Below, piece after piece: positions 1-9,639 of a stretch of 64,000 bases of DNA. This DNA is from Bacteroidota bacterium (GTDB lineage Bacteria; Bacteroidota; Bacteroidia; Chitinophagales; UBA10324). The stretch is taken from NCBI GenBank assembly GCA_014190575.1, contig BJGQ01000001.1:21569-85568 (forward strand), given 5' to 3'. The position numbers were made by a program, and so were the translations under genes. Numbering within the stretch: the stretch's first letter is position 1; each line of letters opens with the position of its first letter. Below the pieces are notes generated by a model that saw nothing but the letters and a program-made list of their open reading frames with translations, was not told the origin of the DNA and made no database searches.

Positions 1-911
1 AAGGAAAAGCAATAATTAATGCGCAATTAAATTACACGGATTGGAATCATACAATGTTAGATGGAACATTTAAAGGAAATAACATTGACATCAATCAATT
101 GTTTTATGAATTTAACAGTTGGGGGCAAACAGAAATTACTGATAAAAACCTGAAAGGGAATTTAACAACAAATCTTGTATTGAAGGCTGGCTGGAATAAA
201 AACGATTTAGATTACGACCAATTAGTGGTAGTGGCCGATGTTACTATTGAAAAGGGCGAGTTGAATAATTTTGAGCCTATGAAATCGCTTTCCGCTTTCA
301 TAAAAATTTCGGAGTTGGAAAATATCCGATTCACACAATTAAAAAATCAAATTGAAATTAGAAACAGCACTATCAATATTCCAACTATGAATATTTATAC
401 AAATGCCATAAACCTTGAACTTTCAGGCACACACACTTTTGATAATATTATTGATTACCGTATTAAATTAAATCTGTTACAATTGTTATCGAATAAATTC
501 AAAACAAAAAATAATTTTGATCCTGATGCTGTTGAACAAAGTGCTGAAGGACTATTGTTTTTATACATAACAATGAAGGGCCCGGCTTCAGATCCGATTA
601 TTAAATATGATAAGAAATCAGTGAAAGAAAAGATTAAACAAGATGTTCAAATTGAAAAACAAAATTTAAAAACTATTTTACAACAGGAATTTAGCAAGCA
701 ACAAAACGAACAGCAGGAAATTAAAGATTGGAAAGCACCGGATGAATATGAAACAATGAAATTTGACGACTCCACTAAATTGGATGAAATAAATTTTGAG
801 GAAACAGATTCATTCACGCAAAATGAAAACTCATTAACTAAACAAAAACAGAAAGAAGCATTCGATCAGTTTAAAAAATCAATACAGAAAAAGCAAGGCG
901 CACCAAAATGA
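1..911 (+). CDS. AsmA-like envelope protein, C-terminal fragment (5' end outside window)
   Basis: The frame is open from nt 3 to the window edge with no upstream stop, so the Met at 54 is internal. Beta-rich N/T/I/L segments followed by a K/Q/E-rich tail resemble AsmA-family C-terminal regions (recall only). The stop overlaps the next start (ATGA at 908-911). Confidence 0.45.
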   Translation, partial: GKAIINAQLNYTDWNHTMLDGTFKGNNIDINQLFYEFNSWGQTEITDKNLKGNLTTNLVLKAGWNKNDLDYDQLVVVADVTIEKGELNNFEPMKSLSAFIKISELENIRFTQLKNQIEIRNSTINIPTMNIYTNAINLELSGTHTFDNIIDYRIKLNLLQLLSNKFKTKNNFDPDAVEQSAEGLLFLYITMKGPASDPIIKYDKKSVKEKIKQDVQIEKQNLKTILQQEFSKQQNEQQEIKDWKAPDEYETMKFDDSTKLDEINFEETDSFTQNENSLTKQKQKEAFDQFKKSIQKKQGAPK

Positions 912-2077
912 ATATTTACAGGCAAACACAATATTGGAAAATTTTATTAATTGGTTTGCTCACCTTAATTGTGATTGCTACTATTTTATATTCAAATTAT
1001 TTGGCAGAAAAATTAGCCGGCGAAGAGCAAAAAAAAATTGAACTCATTGCCAATGTTTACAAAAAATTAAACAGTGCTTCTGATAATCTCGATATCAGTT
1101 TCATGTTCGAAATTATAAGCAGTAATACGACCGTTCCTTTAATTCTTGCCGACGAAAAAGGAAAAATTCTTGGCTTTAAAAATATTGATTCTGTAAGGGC
1201 TCAAACTGATAAAATATATCTTCAAAATACATTGGAAGAAATGAAGAAAAAAAAAGAGCCCATTCAAATTGTATTTTCAGAAAATTCCAAAAATTTTATT
1301 TATTACAATGACTCTTACCTTCTTAGTCAATTAATTTATTTTCCTTATATACAATCTTCCATAATCGTAATATTTTTAATCATCGCTTATTTCGCGTTTA
1401 GCAGTGCAAGGAGGGCTGAACAAAACCGTGTTTGGGTTGGTATGGCTAAAGAAACTGCGCATCAATTAGGAACCCCGTTGTCCTCACTCAGCGCCTGGGG
1501 TGATTATTTAGAAAATATTCTTCCGGAAAATATTAAAGAAAAGTTTTTACCCGAGCTAACAAAAGATATTCAGCGATTAGAAACGATTACTAATCGCTTT
1601 AGCAAAATCGGAAGCCAACCAGTTCTATCAGAAGAAAATTTATATACAGAAATTGAAACCATGGTTGATTACATCAGGAAGCGTGCTAGTGGCAAAGTTG
1701 ATTTTAACATTCATCAATCAGAAGGAGCAAATATTCGAGCGCTTATTTCAGTTCCGCTTTTTGGTTGGGTGCTTGAAAACTTATTAAAGAATGCACTTGA
1801 CGCAATGGATGGAAAAGGTAAAATTGATATTTACATCAGCTCCAATCATGTTCATGCAATTGTTGATATAAAAGATACTGGTAAAGGAATTCATTCGTCA
1901 AAATTTAAAACAGTTTTTAAACCAGGTTATAGCACCAAGCAAAGGGGTTGGGGATTGGGGCTTTCATTAAGCAAAAGAATTATAGAAAATTATTTAAAAG
2001 GAAAATTATTTGTTAAAGAATCTGTTATTGGAAAAGGCACAACTTTCAGAATTATACTTGACGAGAAAAAACAATAA
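908..2077 (+). CDS. Membrane sensor histidine kinase (orphan, no response regulator nearby)
   Basis: Two hydrophobic segments (about res 9-31 and 143-166) flank a roughly 110-aa extracytoplasmic region. H-box 'ETAHQLGTPLSSL', N-box 'ENLLKNALDAM', G1 'DTGKGI', G2 'GWGLGLSL'. Confidence 0.85.
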   Translation: MNIYRQTQYWKILLIGLLTLIVIATILYSNYLAEKLAGEEQKKIELIANVYKKLNSASDNLDISFMFEIISSNTTVPLILADEKGKILGFKNIDSVRAQTDKIYLQNTLEEMKKKKEPIQIVFSENSKNFIYYNDSYLLSQLIYFPYIQSSIIVIFLIIAYFAFSSARRAEQNRVWVGMAKETAHQLGTPLSSLSAWGDYLENILPENIKEKFLPELTKDIQRLETITNRFSKIGSQPVLSEENLYTEIETMVDYIRKRASGKVDFNIHQSEGANIRALISVPLFGWVLENLLKNALDAMDGKGKIDIYISSNHVHAIVDIKDTGKGIHSSKFKTVFKPGYSTKQRGWGLGLSLSKRIIENYLKGKLFVKESVIGKGTTFRIILDEKKQ

Positions 2078-2125
2078 GAAATGATTTAAAAATTCCCGAG
2101 GAATATAATTTCGCCGATATTTATT

Positions 2126-2533
2126 TTACTTCTTGCCCATCTTGATAATAATATCATATACAGCTTTAGTTATTGGCATAACTGATAAGCGACCGATTTT
2201 TATTAATCCGATATTACTTAATTCTTTTTTTGTTTTCATTTCAGAAAGTGACACAGCATTTTTTAATTCCTTTATTGCTGTCAATTCAACTGCCACCCAA
2301 GCTTCATCTTTAGCAGTTGAATCCTGAAAAAATTCCTTAGTCACTTTTGCTATTCCCACAATTGCCAATCCCTGATTGCTATGATAAAATAAAACTTTAT
2401 CGCCTTTTTTCATGGCTTTCAAATGAATGCGTGCAGCATAATTCCGCACTCCAGTCCAATCAGTTTTTTTTTCTTTAACTAATTCACTCCATCCGAAAGT
2501 TTCTGGGTCTGATTTAACAATCCAGTAATTCAT
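2126..2533 (-). CDS. EVE (PUA-like) domain protein
   Basis: 135 aa. N-terminus 'MNYWIVKSDPETFGWSEL...WTGVRNYAARIHLKAMKKGDKVLFYHSN' matches the typical EVE-domain opening. Confidence 0.75.
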   Translation of the reverse strand: MNYWIVKSDPETFGWSELVKEKKTDWTGVRNYAARIHLKAMKKGDKVLFYHSNQGLAIVGIAKVTKEFFQDSTAKDEAWVAVELTAIKELKNAVSLSEMKTKKELSNIGLIKIGRLSVMPITKAVYDIIIKMGKK

Positions 2534-2594
2534 TTTATTTTATTTTCATATAAAAAATAGTGGGGAATCAGATTGAACATTATTAATCCGTAAT

Positions 2595-3005
2595 TTATTC
2601 TTTAATATAAATAACTTCTCCTTTTAATATTAAATCCATTTCACCTTCATATGCATTTGAATAAATAAAAACTCTCTTATCAAATTTCCCCATAATTGCA
2701 GCATCATAAGTTGCTTTTACAAATCCTTTTTCACCAGGCGCAATTTCCGTTTTTGTATAATCAACCAAAGTACAATTACATGTTGGCTCTGCTTTAGTAA
2801 TTAACAATGGAGCATTGCCAATATTCATAATTTCAAAAGTTGTTGAAACAGGAGTTCCTAAAGGAACATTTCCAAAATTCGAGGTTGTGGATTCAATCCA
2901 CAGTTTTGGTGACGGAGTTCCATCTTTTGATCCGCCAACTATAACTTGAGCAAAGGATGAAATAGAAAAAAGTAAAATGATTGTGGTTAGTAAATTCTTT
3001 TTCAT
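2595..3005 (-). CDS. DUF1573 domain secreted protein
   Basis: Signal peptide 'LLFSISSFAQ'. 'FEIMNIGNAPLLITKAEPTCNCT' matches the DUF1573 hallmark (G-x-x-PL-x-I ... C-x-C-T). Confidence 0.7.
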   Translation of the reverse strand: MKKNLLTTIILLFSISSFAQVIVGGSKDGTPSPKLWIESTTSNFGNVPLGTPVSTTFEIMNIGNAPLLITKAEPTCNCTLVDYTKTEIAPGEKGFVKATYDAAIMGKFDKRVFIYSNAYEGEMDLILKGEVIYIKE

Positions 3006-3052
3006 TGAAAATTAATTTGAGTTTAAATTTAGTTGAAATTATGATTGCAAAT

Positions 3053-5212
3053 TTATTGCCGAACAATTTTCATTTCATTTAATAAATATTCTGCTCCTGC
3101 AAATTTATCTATAAGGAATAAAGTGTACCGTATATCAAGAGAAACATTGCGACAAATTTCTGAGTTGAAATAAATATCACTCATGGTTCCTTCATACACC
3201 CGATCGAAATTTGTACCTATTAAATTTCCATCAGCATCAAAAACAGGGCTTCCGCTGTTTCCACCTGTTGTATGACAATTTGTAATAAAACATGCATGTA
3301 AGTTTCCATCTGCGTCAGCATATTCCCCAAAATCTTTTTGCTGAATTAAGGTTTTCAATTTTGCCGGAACGGTATATAGAAAATTAGCAGGATTGTTTTT
3401 TTCATTTACTCCATTAACTGTCGTAAACCATTTATAAGTTACTGCATCTCTCGGATTATATCCTTTTACATTGCCATAAGCAACACGAAGGGTTGAATTT
3501 GCATCAGGATAAAAATCCTTTTTATCTGATAAGGCAAGCAACTGAAATTGCATGTATTGCTTATTGAGAGTATTAATTCTTGCATTCAAACGAAGTATGG
3601 ATGGAAGGTATTTTTGAATATAAGTTTCATTTATGCTTTTTGCCAATTGAACTATAGGATCAGTTAAAAGTTTTGATTTTTTACCAAAATTTAATTGCAC
3701 TAGATTTGAAATAGCAAGGAATGAGTTGGGAATAATACTTTTTGAAAAAAGATATTCAACATAGGCATGCACATTGTTTTTAAATTTTAATAAATCATTT
3801 GAAATTTGAATGGGAACATTTTGTGATTGCATATCACTTAAAAATAATTTCAATAAGGCTTCAGTCGCTTTTTTATCTAAGTCGCGATTATAATCTTTAT
3901 AAAAACCATTTGCAGCATTTATCAAATCAGTTTTATTCTTTAAGAATGAAGCAGGCATTTTTGGATCATTGGATTCATCAATTAACGCCAGCCATTTTTC
4001 AGCAAATGAAATTGCTTCGCTTCCTCTAAGTGCCTCGTTGTAATAATCAGCTATGGTTTGAATTTGACCAAGCGAATCGTACGCAAGTTTTAATTGAGGG
4101 AGAATATTTTCATATAAAATAAATTCCGGTTTTGCTGCAATGATTTGCGCAATGCTGTCTTCCTGCTTCTTTTTTCTATCAACAACTTTGTATTGATTTA
4201 GTCCCGAAATTTCACCTTGCCATTTCTTCCAGCCATTTGCAACTCCTGAATACTTTGCGGCATAATGCAGATTGATTGTATCGCTTTGTTGCATTGCATT
4301 CATCCAAATGCCAAGTCGCACGGTTCTGATTTTCACACGCTCAGGGTCCGATATTTTTTGAATGAAGTTTACAGCATAAGACGAAATATATTCCGTAGTT
4401 CTTCCAGGAAAACCATACACCATTGCGAAGTCGCCTTCCTTTTCTCCTTTTAACGAAATTGGAAAAAAATATTTTGGTTGGTATGGAACATTATCAGAAG
4501 AGTAATCAGCAGGTTCATTATTCTTATCAGCATAAATTCTGAAAAGCGAAAAGTCTCCTGTTTGTCTTGGCCACATCCAGTTTTCATCATCGCCACCAAA
4601 ATTTCCAACTGCTTCAGGAGGTGCGCCCACTAACCTAACATCGCGAAAACTTTCAGAAACGATTAATATATATTGGTTGCCATAATAAATAGGCCGTACA
4701 GTTGCACTATACATTGTTCCGTCAATGGCTTGCTTGCTAATTAGCTGACACAAAGAATCAATTACTTGATTCATTTTTCCTGCATCAGAAATATTTTTTA
4801 CGGCCATTAATATTTTTTCTGTCACATCTTCCATCCTAACAATAAAAGTGACAGACAAACCTGAACATGGATATTCTTCCTTTCGGTTCATTGCCCAAAA
4901 ACCATTTTTTACATAATCGTTTTCAATTGTGCCGTGTTCCTGCACATAACCAAAACCGCAATGATGATTGGTAAGTAATAGCCCTTCACCGGAAATCATT
5001 TCCCCTGTGCAGCCCCCATTAAATAATAAAATTCCATCCTTCATACTGGTATGATTTACTGAATAAATATCTTCAGCACTCATGTGACAACCAGCCGCCT
5101 TCATATTATTCATTGCTGTTTGTTCCAATAAAAACGGCAGCCACATCCCTTCATCAGCACGAACTGAAATTGAAATGAAAAAGATAGAAGTGAATAAAAG
5201 ATATTTTTTCAT
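3053..5212 (-). CDS. S46 family dipeptidyl-peptidase (DPP7/DPP11-like serine peptidase)
   Basis: Signal peptide then 'ADEGMWLP'. Catalytic His context 'LLLTNHHCG' and Ser context 'TTGGNSGSPVF'. Length of about 720 aa is typical of S46. Confidence 0.85.
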   Translation of the reverse strand: MKKYLLFTSIFFISISVRADEGMWLPFLLEQTAMNNMKAAGCHMSAEDIYSVNHTSMKDGILLFNGGCTGEMISGEGLLLTNHHCGFGYVQEHGTIENDYVKNGFWAMNRKEEYPCSGLSVTFIVRMEDVTEKILMAVKNISDAGKMNQVIDSLCQLISKQAIDGTMYSATVRPIYYGNQYILIVSESFRDVRLVGAPPEAVGNFGGDDENWMWPRQTGDFSLFRIYADKNNEPADYSSDNVPYQPKYFFPISLKGEKEGDFAMVYGFPGRTTEYISSYAVNFIQKISDPERVKIRTVRLGIWMNAMQQSDTINLHYAAKYSGVANGWKKWQGEISGLNQYKVVDRKKKQEDSIAQIIAAKPEFILYENILPQLKLAYDSLGQIQTIADYYNEALRGSEAISFAEKWLALIDESNDPKMPASFLKNKTDLINAANGFYKDYNRDLDKKATEALLKLFLSDMQSQNVPIQISNDLLKFKNNVHAYVEYLFSKSIIPNSFLAISNLVQLNFGKKSKLLTDPIVQLAKSINETYIQKYLPSILRLNARINTLNKQYMQFQLLALSDKKDFYPDANSTLRVAYGNVKGYNPRDAVTYKWFTTVNGVNEKNNPANFLYTVPAKLKTLIQQKDFGEYADADGNLHACFITNCHTTGGNSGSPVFDADGNLIGTNFDRVYEGTMSDIYFNSEICRNVSLDIRYTLFLIDKFAGAEYLLNEMKIVRQ

Positions 5213-5248
5213 TGCTTAAATCTGATTGTAATTCCTTAAATTTTTAAG

Positions 5249-6247
5249 TTAAAAAAAACTTCGAATTCCGATAATGTTTCTTACCTCAGCTAAAGTTTTT
5301 CGTCCACTTTGTCGCGCTTTCTCAGCTCCCATTTTTACAACCTTATTAATATATTTTTCATCAGCAGCAATAGCTTTTATCTTTTCACGAATCGGTGCAA
5401 TGAATATATTAATGTCATCAGCCAATTGTTTTTTCATGTCACCATAACGAATGGTGCAGTTGTTATAAAGTGTTTCAAAATGTGCAACCGTTTCTGTTGT
5501 TGAAACCAATTTCAATAGTGTGAAAAGGTTTTCAATGGCTACTTCTTTAGGTTGATTCATATGAGTAGGTCCTGAATCAGTTACTGCACGCATTACCTTT
5601 TTCTTAATTACTTCAGGTTCATCAATTAAGAATATTGCGTTGCCCTCGGCTTCACTTTTCCCCATTTTACCGCTTCCATCCAACCCAGGAACTTTAACTA
5701 ATTGCCCCCCGAAATTGTAAGCAAAAGGTTCTTGAAAATATTCCACACCATACAAATAATTAAAACGATTAACATAGTTTCTAGTGTATTCAAGATGCTG
5801 CTCCTGGTCTTTTCCAACAGGAACTTTTGCTGCTTTATGAATTAAAATATCAGCGGCCATTAAAACAGGATAAGTAAGTAAACCGGCATTTACATTATCA
5901 GGATCTTTCCGAATCTTTTCTTTAAATGAAACACTTCGCTCTAACTCCCCTGTATATGCTAGCATATTAAGCAATAAATACAACTCAGCAGTTTCAGGCA
6001 AATCACTTTGTACATATAAAGTACAAATTTCCGGATCAAGTCCACAGGCTAAATTTTCTGCAAGCACCTGCTTCACAGTGGCGTTCAGATTATCAGGATG
6101 CGGATGTGTAGTGAGCGAATGATAATCGGCTACAAAAAAATAACAATTTGCATCATGCTGCATTTTTATAAAATTCCTTACAGCTCCGAAATAATTTCCG
6201 AGGTGAAGATTTCCGGTTGGTCTTATTCCACTGACTACTGTTTCCAT
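5249..6247 (-). CDS. trpS: Tryptophan--tRNA ligase
   Basis: Class I motifs 'TGNLHLGNY' (HIGH-type) and 'KMGKS' (KMSKS). 332 aa. Confidence 0.9.
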   Translation of the reverse strand: METVVSGIRPTGNLHLGNYFGAVRNFIKMQHDANCYFFVADYHSLTTHPHPDNLNATVKQVLAENLACGLDPEICTLYVQSDLPETAELYLLLNMLAYTGELERSVSFKEKIRKDPDNVNAGLLTYPVLMAADILIHKAAKVPVGKDQEQHLEYTRNYVNRFNYLYGVEYFQEPFAYNFGGQLVKVPGLDGSGKMGKSEAEGNAIFLIDEPEVIKKKVMRAVTDSGPTHMNQPKEVAIENLFTLLKLVSTTETVAHFETLYNNCTIRYGDMKKQLADDINIFIAPIREKIKAIAADEKYINKVVKMGAEKARQSGRKTLAEVRNIIGIRSFF

Positions 6248-6376
6248 GCGACAAAGAAAATAAAAAAGTTGGGAGTGCTAATCAGCAGATAATAATCGGA
6301 ATAATGCTATATGGTAATTCGGTGCTTTTAAAATAATTGTGCCAACTAAGAACTTAAATTCTATAAAATAATTTAA

Positions 6377-7150
6377 TTAAAATTTTACCGGAATATTGTA
6401 ACGGACCAAAACTGCCTTTCCGTTTTGCTTTCCTGCATTCCATGCCGGCATTAATCTTATAACACGCAACGCTTCTTCATCACAACCGCTACCTATTCCT
6501 TTTTTCACATATGGAAACATCACATTGCCCTTTGTGCTGACGATAATATTTACCACAACGGTTCCATGAATATTTTTCTTATTTGCTTCTTCAGGATATT
6601 TAATATTCTGTTTTAAAAAATTCATGAGCGCCACATCACCACCATTATACTCTGGCATTTGTTCTACAACAGTCATTGCATTTGAACCAGTAGAAGATGT
6701 TTTTGCATCTTTTGGTACAGCAAACATTTGATGATATTCCTTTTTTGAAAGTGTATCGTCATCAATTACCATTTTCCCATGACAGTTCGCATCCAGTAAT
6801 TTAAAAGTAGCAGTATCGCCAAGAGCTAATACAGCACTCCAATCACGGCAAGCTTTTGAGGGTTCGTTTGTTTGCCATTGTGAAACTCCGCGATTAAAAT
6901 AGGCTTCAGTGTTTCCCGCGTCTTTGCTTATTTCGGTGCTGTAAAAATTTGTTGCTCCTGAATAATTTGAACTCTTTAATAAAGTAACACCTTTATCATT
7001 CGGATCATCCACAATACTCTTGTCTACAATCGAATTTATTAATGAATCGGTATTTACAGTTTTTTGAGCGTAACTTTTGATTTGCATACAAGAAATAAAA
7101 ACCAAACACAAAATGGTTTTAAAAGAAATTAAGGAGGATAAGTTTTTCAT
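6377..7150 (-). CDS. Secreted protein with TonB C-terminal-like domain
   Basis: Signal peptide 'QIKSYAQ'. C-terminal 'MPEYNGGDVALMNFLKQNIKYPEEA...GTVVVNIIVSTKGNV...' fits the TonB_C fold pattern. No Pro-rich spacer is present. Confidence 0.6.
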   Translation of the reverse strand: MKNLSSLISFKTILCLVFISCMQIKSYAQKTVNTDSLINSIVDKSIVDDPNDKGVTLLKSSNYSGATNFYSTEISKDAGNTEAYFNRGVSQWQTNEPSKACRDWSAVLALGDTATFKLLDANCHGKMVIDDDTLSKKEYHQMFAVPKDAKTSSTGSNAMTVVEQMPEYNGGDVALMNFLKQNIKYPEEANKKNIHGTVVVNIIVSTKGNVMFPYVKKGIGSGCDEEALRVIRLMPAWNAGKQNGKAVLVRYNIPVKF

Positions 7151-7336
7151 TAAAATTATTTTGAATAAATTAAAGACTTTAAATTAAATTTCTGTAAATA
7201 AACAATTGATTCTATTAAAATCCAACTAATAACAAGCTCCTATAAATCTTCAAACAGAAAGTTTTGCGAAATTTATTTTTTAAATTATATAAAAACACTT
7301 CTTTTAAAAATAAATTATCTTGAGATGATAAAAGTT

Positions 7337-7389
7337 ATGCATTTTAATATTTTTATAACTGAACTATGCATTGAAAAACTAAAATGCAT
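7337..7389 (+). promoter_or_regulatory. Three ATGCAT(T) palindromes immediately upstream of the TerB-like gene (candidate operator)
   Basis: ATGCAT at 7337-7342, 7366-7371 and 7384-7389, each followed by T. The last ends 5 nt before the ATG at 7395. Confidence 0.3.
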
Positions 7390-7394
7390 TAATC

Positions 7395-7787
7395 ATGAAC
7401 AGTAAAATTTTTTACGCCGAACTTGGAAAATTGCTTTATGCAATTGCTGATGCCGATCACGATGTAACAAAAAAAGAATACATAAAGCTGAAAGACATAG
7501 TGAAAAACGAATTGGTGCCGATGGAAAAACAAACCGATAGTTTCGGAACCGACAGCGCTTTTTATACTCAGTTTGAATTTGAAGTAGCAACCGAACAACA
7601 AATGACCTCAGAAGAAGCATTGGAATCTTTTATTTCTTATGCGAAACAACATCGTCATGATTTTACTGAAGAGCGAAAACAAGTTTGCTTAAGAGTGATG
7701 GAGGAAATTGCTGCTGTCTATCATCATCATAGTAAAGCTGAGGAAGAGATATTCAAAATTGTAAAAGAAGAATTCCAGAAAAATTAA
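7395..7787 (+). CDS. Small cytoplasmic protein, TerB-like (tentative)
   Basis: 130 aa. 'LGKLLYAIADADHDVTKKEYIKLKDIV' resembles the TerB-family A-x-ADG-x-(n)-E helix pattern. Weak assignment. Confidence 0.4.
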   Translation: MNSKIFYAELGKLLYAIADADHDVTKKEYIKLKDIVKNELVPMEKQTDSFGTDSAFYTQFEFEVATEQQMTSEEALESFISYAKQHRHDFTEERKQVCLRVMEEIAAVYHHHSKAEEEIFKIVKEEFQKN

Positions 7788-7918
7788 TACGAAGTATAAA
7801 AGTTGAAATTCACAATTTTGAAGTTTAGGTAATAAGTTGCATTTGTATTTATCTTGCATCGCGGTTATAATTATTTTTATCCGTCGTTTTAAAAACAGAA
7901 ACAGGAATCAACTAAAGA

Positions 7919-9580
7919 ATGCTTACAAGATTATCCATACAAAATTTCGCCATCATTGACGAAGCCACTATTAACTTCTCTAATCGTCTTTCCATAATTA
8001 CTGGGGAAACCGGTGCGGGTAAATCAATTCTGCTTGGCGGATTATCTTTAATTCTGGGCGAAAGAGCTGAAGCTACTTCCTTTTTTGATAAAGAAAAAAA
8101 ATGTGTGGTTGAGGCAGAGTTTGATATAAAAGATCTTGAACTGGATTCTTTTTTTGAAACAGAAGGTTTGGATTTTGAAGAGCATACTTTAGTTCGGAGA
8201 GAAATAAATCCTGGAGGAAAAAGCCGTGCTTTTATCAACGATACTCCTGTAAATCTTCAGACTTTAAAAAAACTTACCGCTCAGTTAGTCAATCTGCATC
8301 AGCAGCATGATACTTTAGAATTGAATGATGCTACTTTTCAGTTAAAACTGATTGACTCAATTTCCGGCTCTAAGGATTTATTAAAAAAATATCAGCTCAG
8401 ATTCAGGTCTTTTCGCGAGATTGAAAAAAACATCAGAGAATTAAAAGACCAATTAGACAAAGCCTCGCGTGAACAGGATTATATTTTATTTCAATTCAAC
8501 GAATTAAAAGAAGCCTCGTTAAATGAAGGAGAACAGGAGAATATTGAACAGGAAATGAATGCTCTTGTTCATGCTGAAGAAATTAAACGAAACCTTTCTA
8601 CAGCATCGGCCCAATTGCAAAACAATGAAGGAAACATAAGTGATGAATTACGCTCTGTTCTGCAGCTATTGCAGTCAACAGTAAAGTTTCAACCTGATTT
8701 GGAAGAACTGGCAAACAGACTTAAGAGTGCAACAATTGAAGTAAAAGACATTGCTGCTGAATTAGAGAACCGTGAAATAAAATTGCAATTCTCTCCCGAG
8801 AGATTGTTGGAATTACAAAATCGTCTGGATATAATTTATCGACTACAGAAAAAACACAGAGCTAATTCAATCAGCGAATTACTTCAGTTACAAAATCAAT
8901 TTGATCAGCAATTATTATCAATGCAAACTGATTCAACTAAACTGGATGAACTAACAAATGAATCAGTTTTAATGAAAAAGGAGCTTAAGGAAATTGCTCA
9001 ATCGCTTTCAAAGAAAAGATTGTCAATAATTTCTCCAGCTGAAAAAGAAGTTAATAATTTACTGAAAGAGGCAAGTATGCCTTTTGCACAAATAAAGTTC
9101 GAACATAAACTGAAGCCCGAAAATGATTTTTCAGAAAACGGGATTGATCAGTTTCGGCTGTTGTTTGCTTCAAACAAGGGTAGCGATTTTATTGAATTAA
9201 ATAAGGTAGCCTCAGGCGGAGAATTATCACGCTTGATGTTATGTCTTCAATCTTTGGTTGCCGAATCTGTTGCAATGCCTACGCTCATCTTTGATGAAAT
9301 AGATACCGGAGTTTCTGGCGAGGCCGCACGCAAAGTTTCCATTTTACTTCAAAAACTTTCTTCAAAACATCAGGTTATATGCATTACTCATTTACCGCAA
9401 ATTGCAGGTAAAGGAGAAAAGCACTTTTTTGTTTATAAAGAAAATTTAAAGAGTCGCACATTTACAAGGGTTCGGGAACTTAAAACTGACGAACGCATTA
9501 TTGAAATTGCCAGAATGTTATCGGGCGAAAAGCCAACAGAAGCTGCAATGAGAAATGCAAAAGAGTTGATGGAGAATTAA
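7919..9580 (+). CDS. recN: DNA repair protein RecN
   Basis: Walker A 'GETGAGKS', long coiled-coil middle, SMC signature 'ASGGELSR', Walker B 'LIFDEIDTG'. 553 aa. Confidence 0.9.
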   Translation: MLTRLSIQNFAIIDEATINFSNRLSIITGETGAGKSILLGGLSLILGERAEATSFFDKEKKCVVEAEFDIKDLELDSFFETEGLDFEEHTLVRREINPGGKSRAFINDTPVNLQTLKKLTAQLVNLHQQHDTLELNDATFQLKLIDSISGSKDLLKKYQLRFRSFREIEKNIRELKDQLDKASREQDYILFQFNELKEASLNEGEQENIEQEMNALVHAEEIKRNLSTASAQLQNNEGNISDELRSVLQLLQSTVKFQPDLEELANRLKSATIEVKDIAAELENREIKLQFSPERLLELQNRLDIIYRLQKKHRANSISELLQLQNQFDQQLLSMQTDSTKLDELTNESVLMKKELKEIAQSLSKKRLSIISPAEKEVNNLLKEASMPFAQIKFEHKLKPENDFSENGIDQFRLLFASNKGSDFIELNKVASGGELSRLMLCLQSLVAESVAMPTLIFDEIDTGVSGEAARKVSILLQKLSSKHQVICITHLPQIAGKGEKHFFVYKENLKSRTFTRVRELKTDERIIEIARMLSGEKPTEAAMRNAKELMEN

Positions 9581-9639
9581 TATTTCGTATTTATTTCACT
9601 CAACTGAAACAATTATTTTCGCAACCTCAATTTTTTTGA

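Noticed and set aside
2126-2533. The EVE-domain protein as part of a modified-base-sensing defence module.
   Set aside because: It is a stand-alone 135-aa protein with no fused or adjacent nuclease or other effector. Its neighbours are a kinase and a DUF1573 protein. This is consistent with the common housekeeping-type single-domain EVE proteins.
7389-7620. Two overlapping minus-strand ORFs (70 and 75 aa) opposite the TerB-like gene.
   Set aside because: They are hydrophobic and low-complexity translations overlapping each other and the plus-strand gene. The plus-strand product has a coherent helical, charged composition and a promoter-proximal start.
7395-7787. The TerB-like gene (7395-7787) together with the TerC-family gene (53523-54287) as a tellurite-resistance system.
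   Set aside because: The two genes are about 46 kb apart and on opposite strands, and no terD/terZ/terA genes are present. TerC-family proteins are widespread metal transporters and the TerB call is weak.
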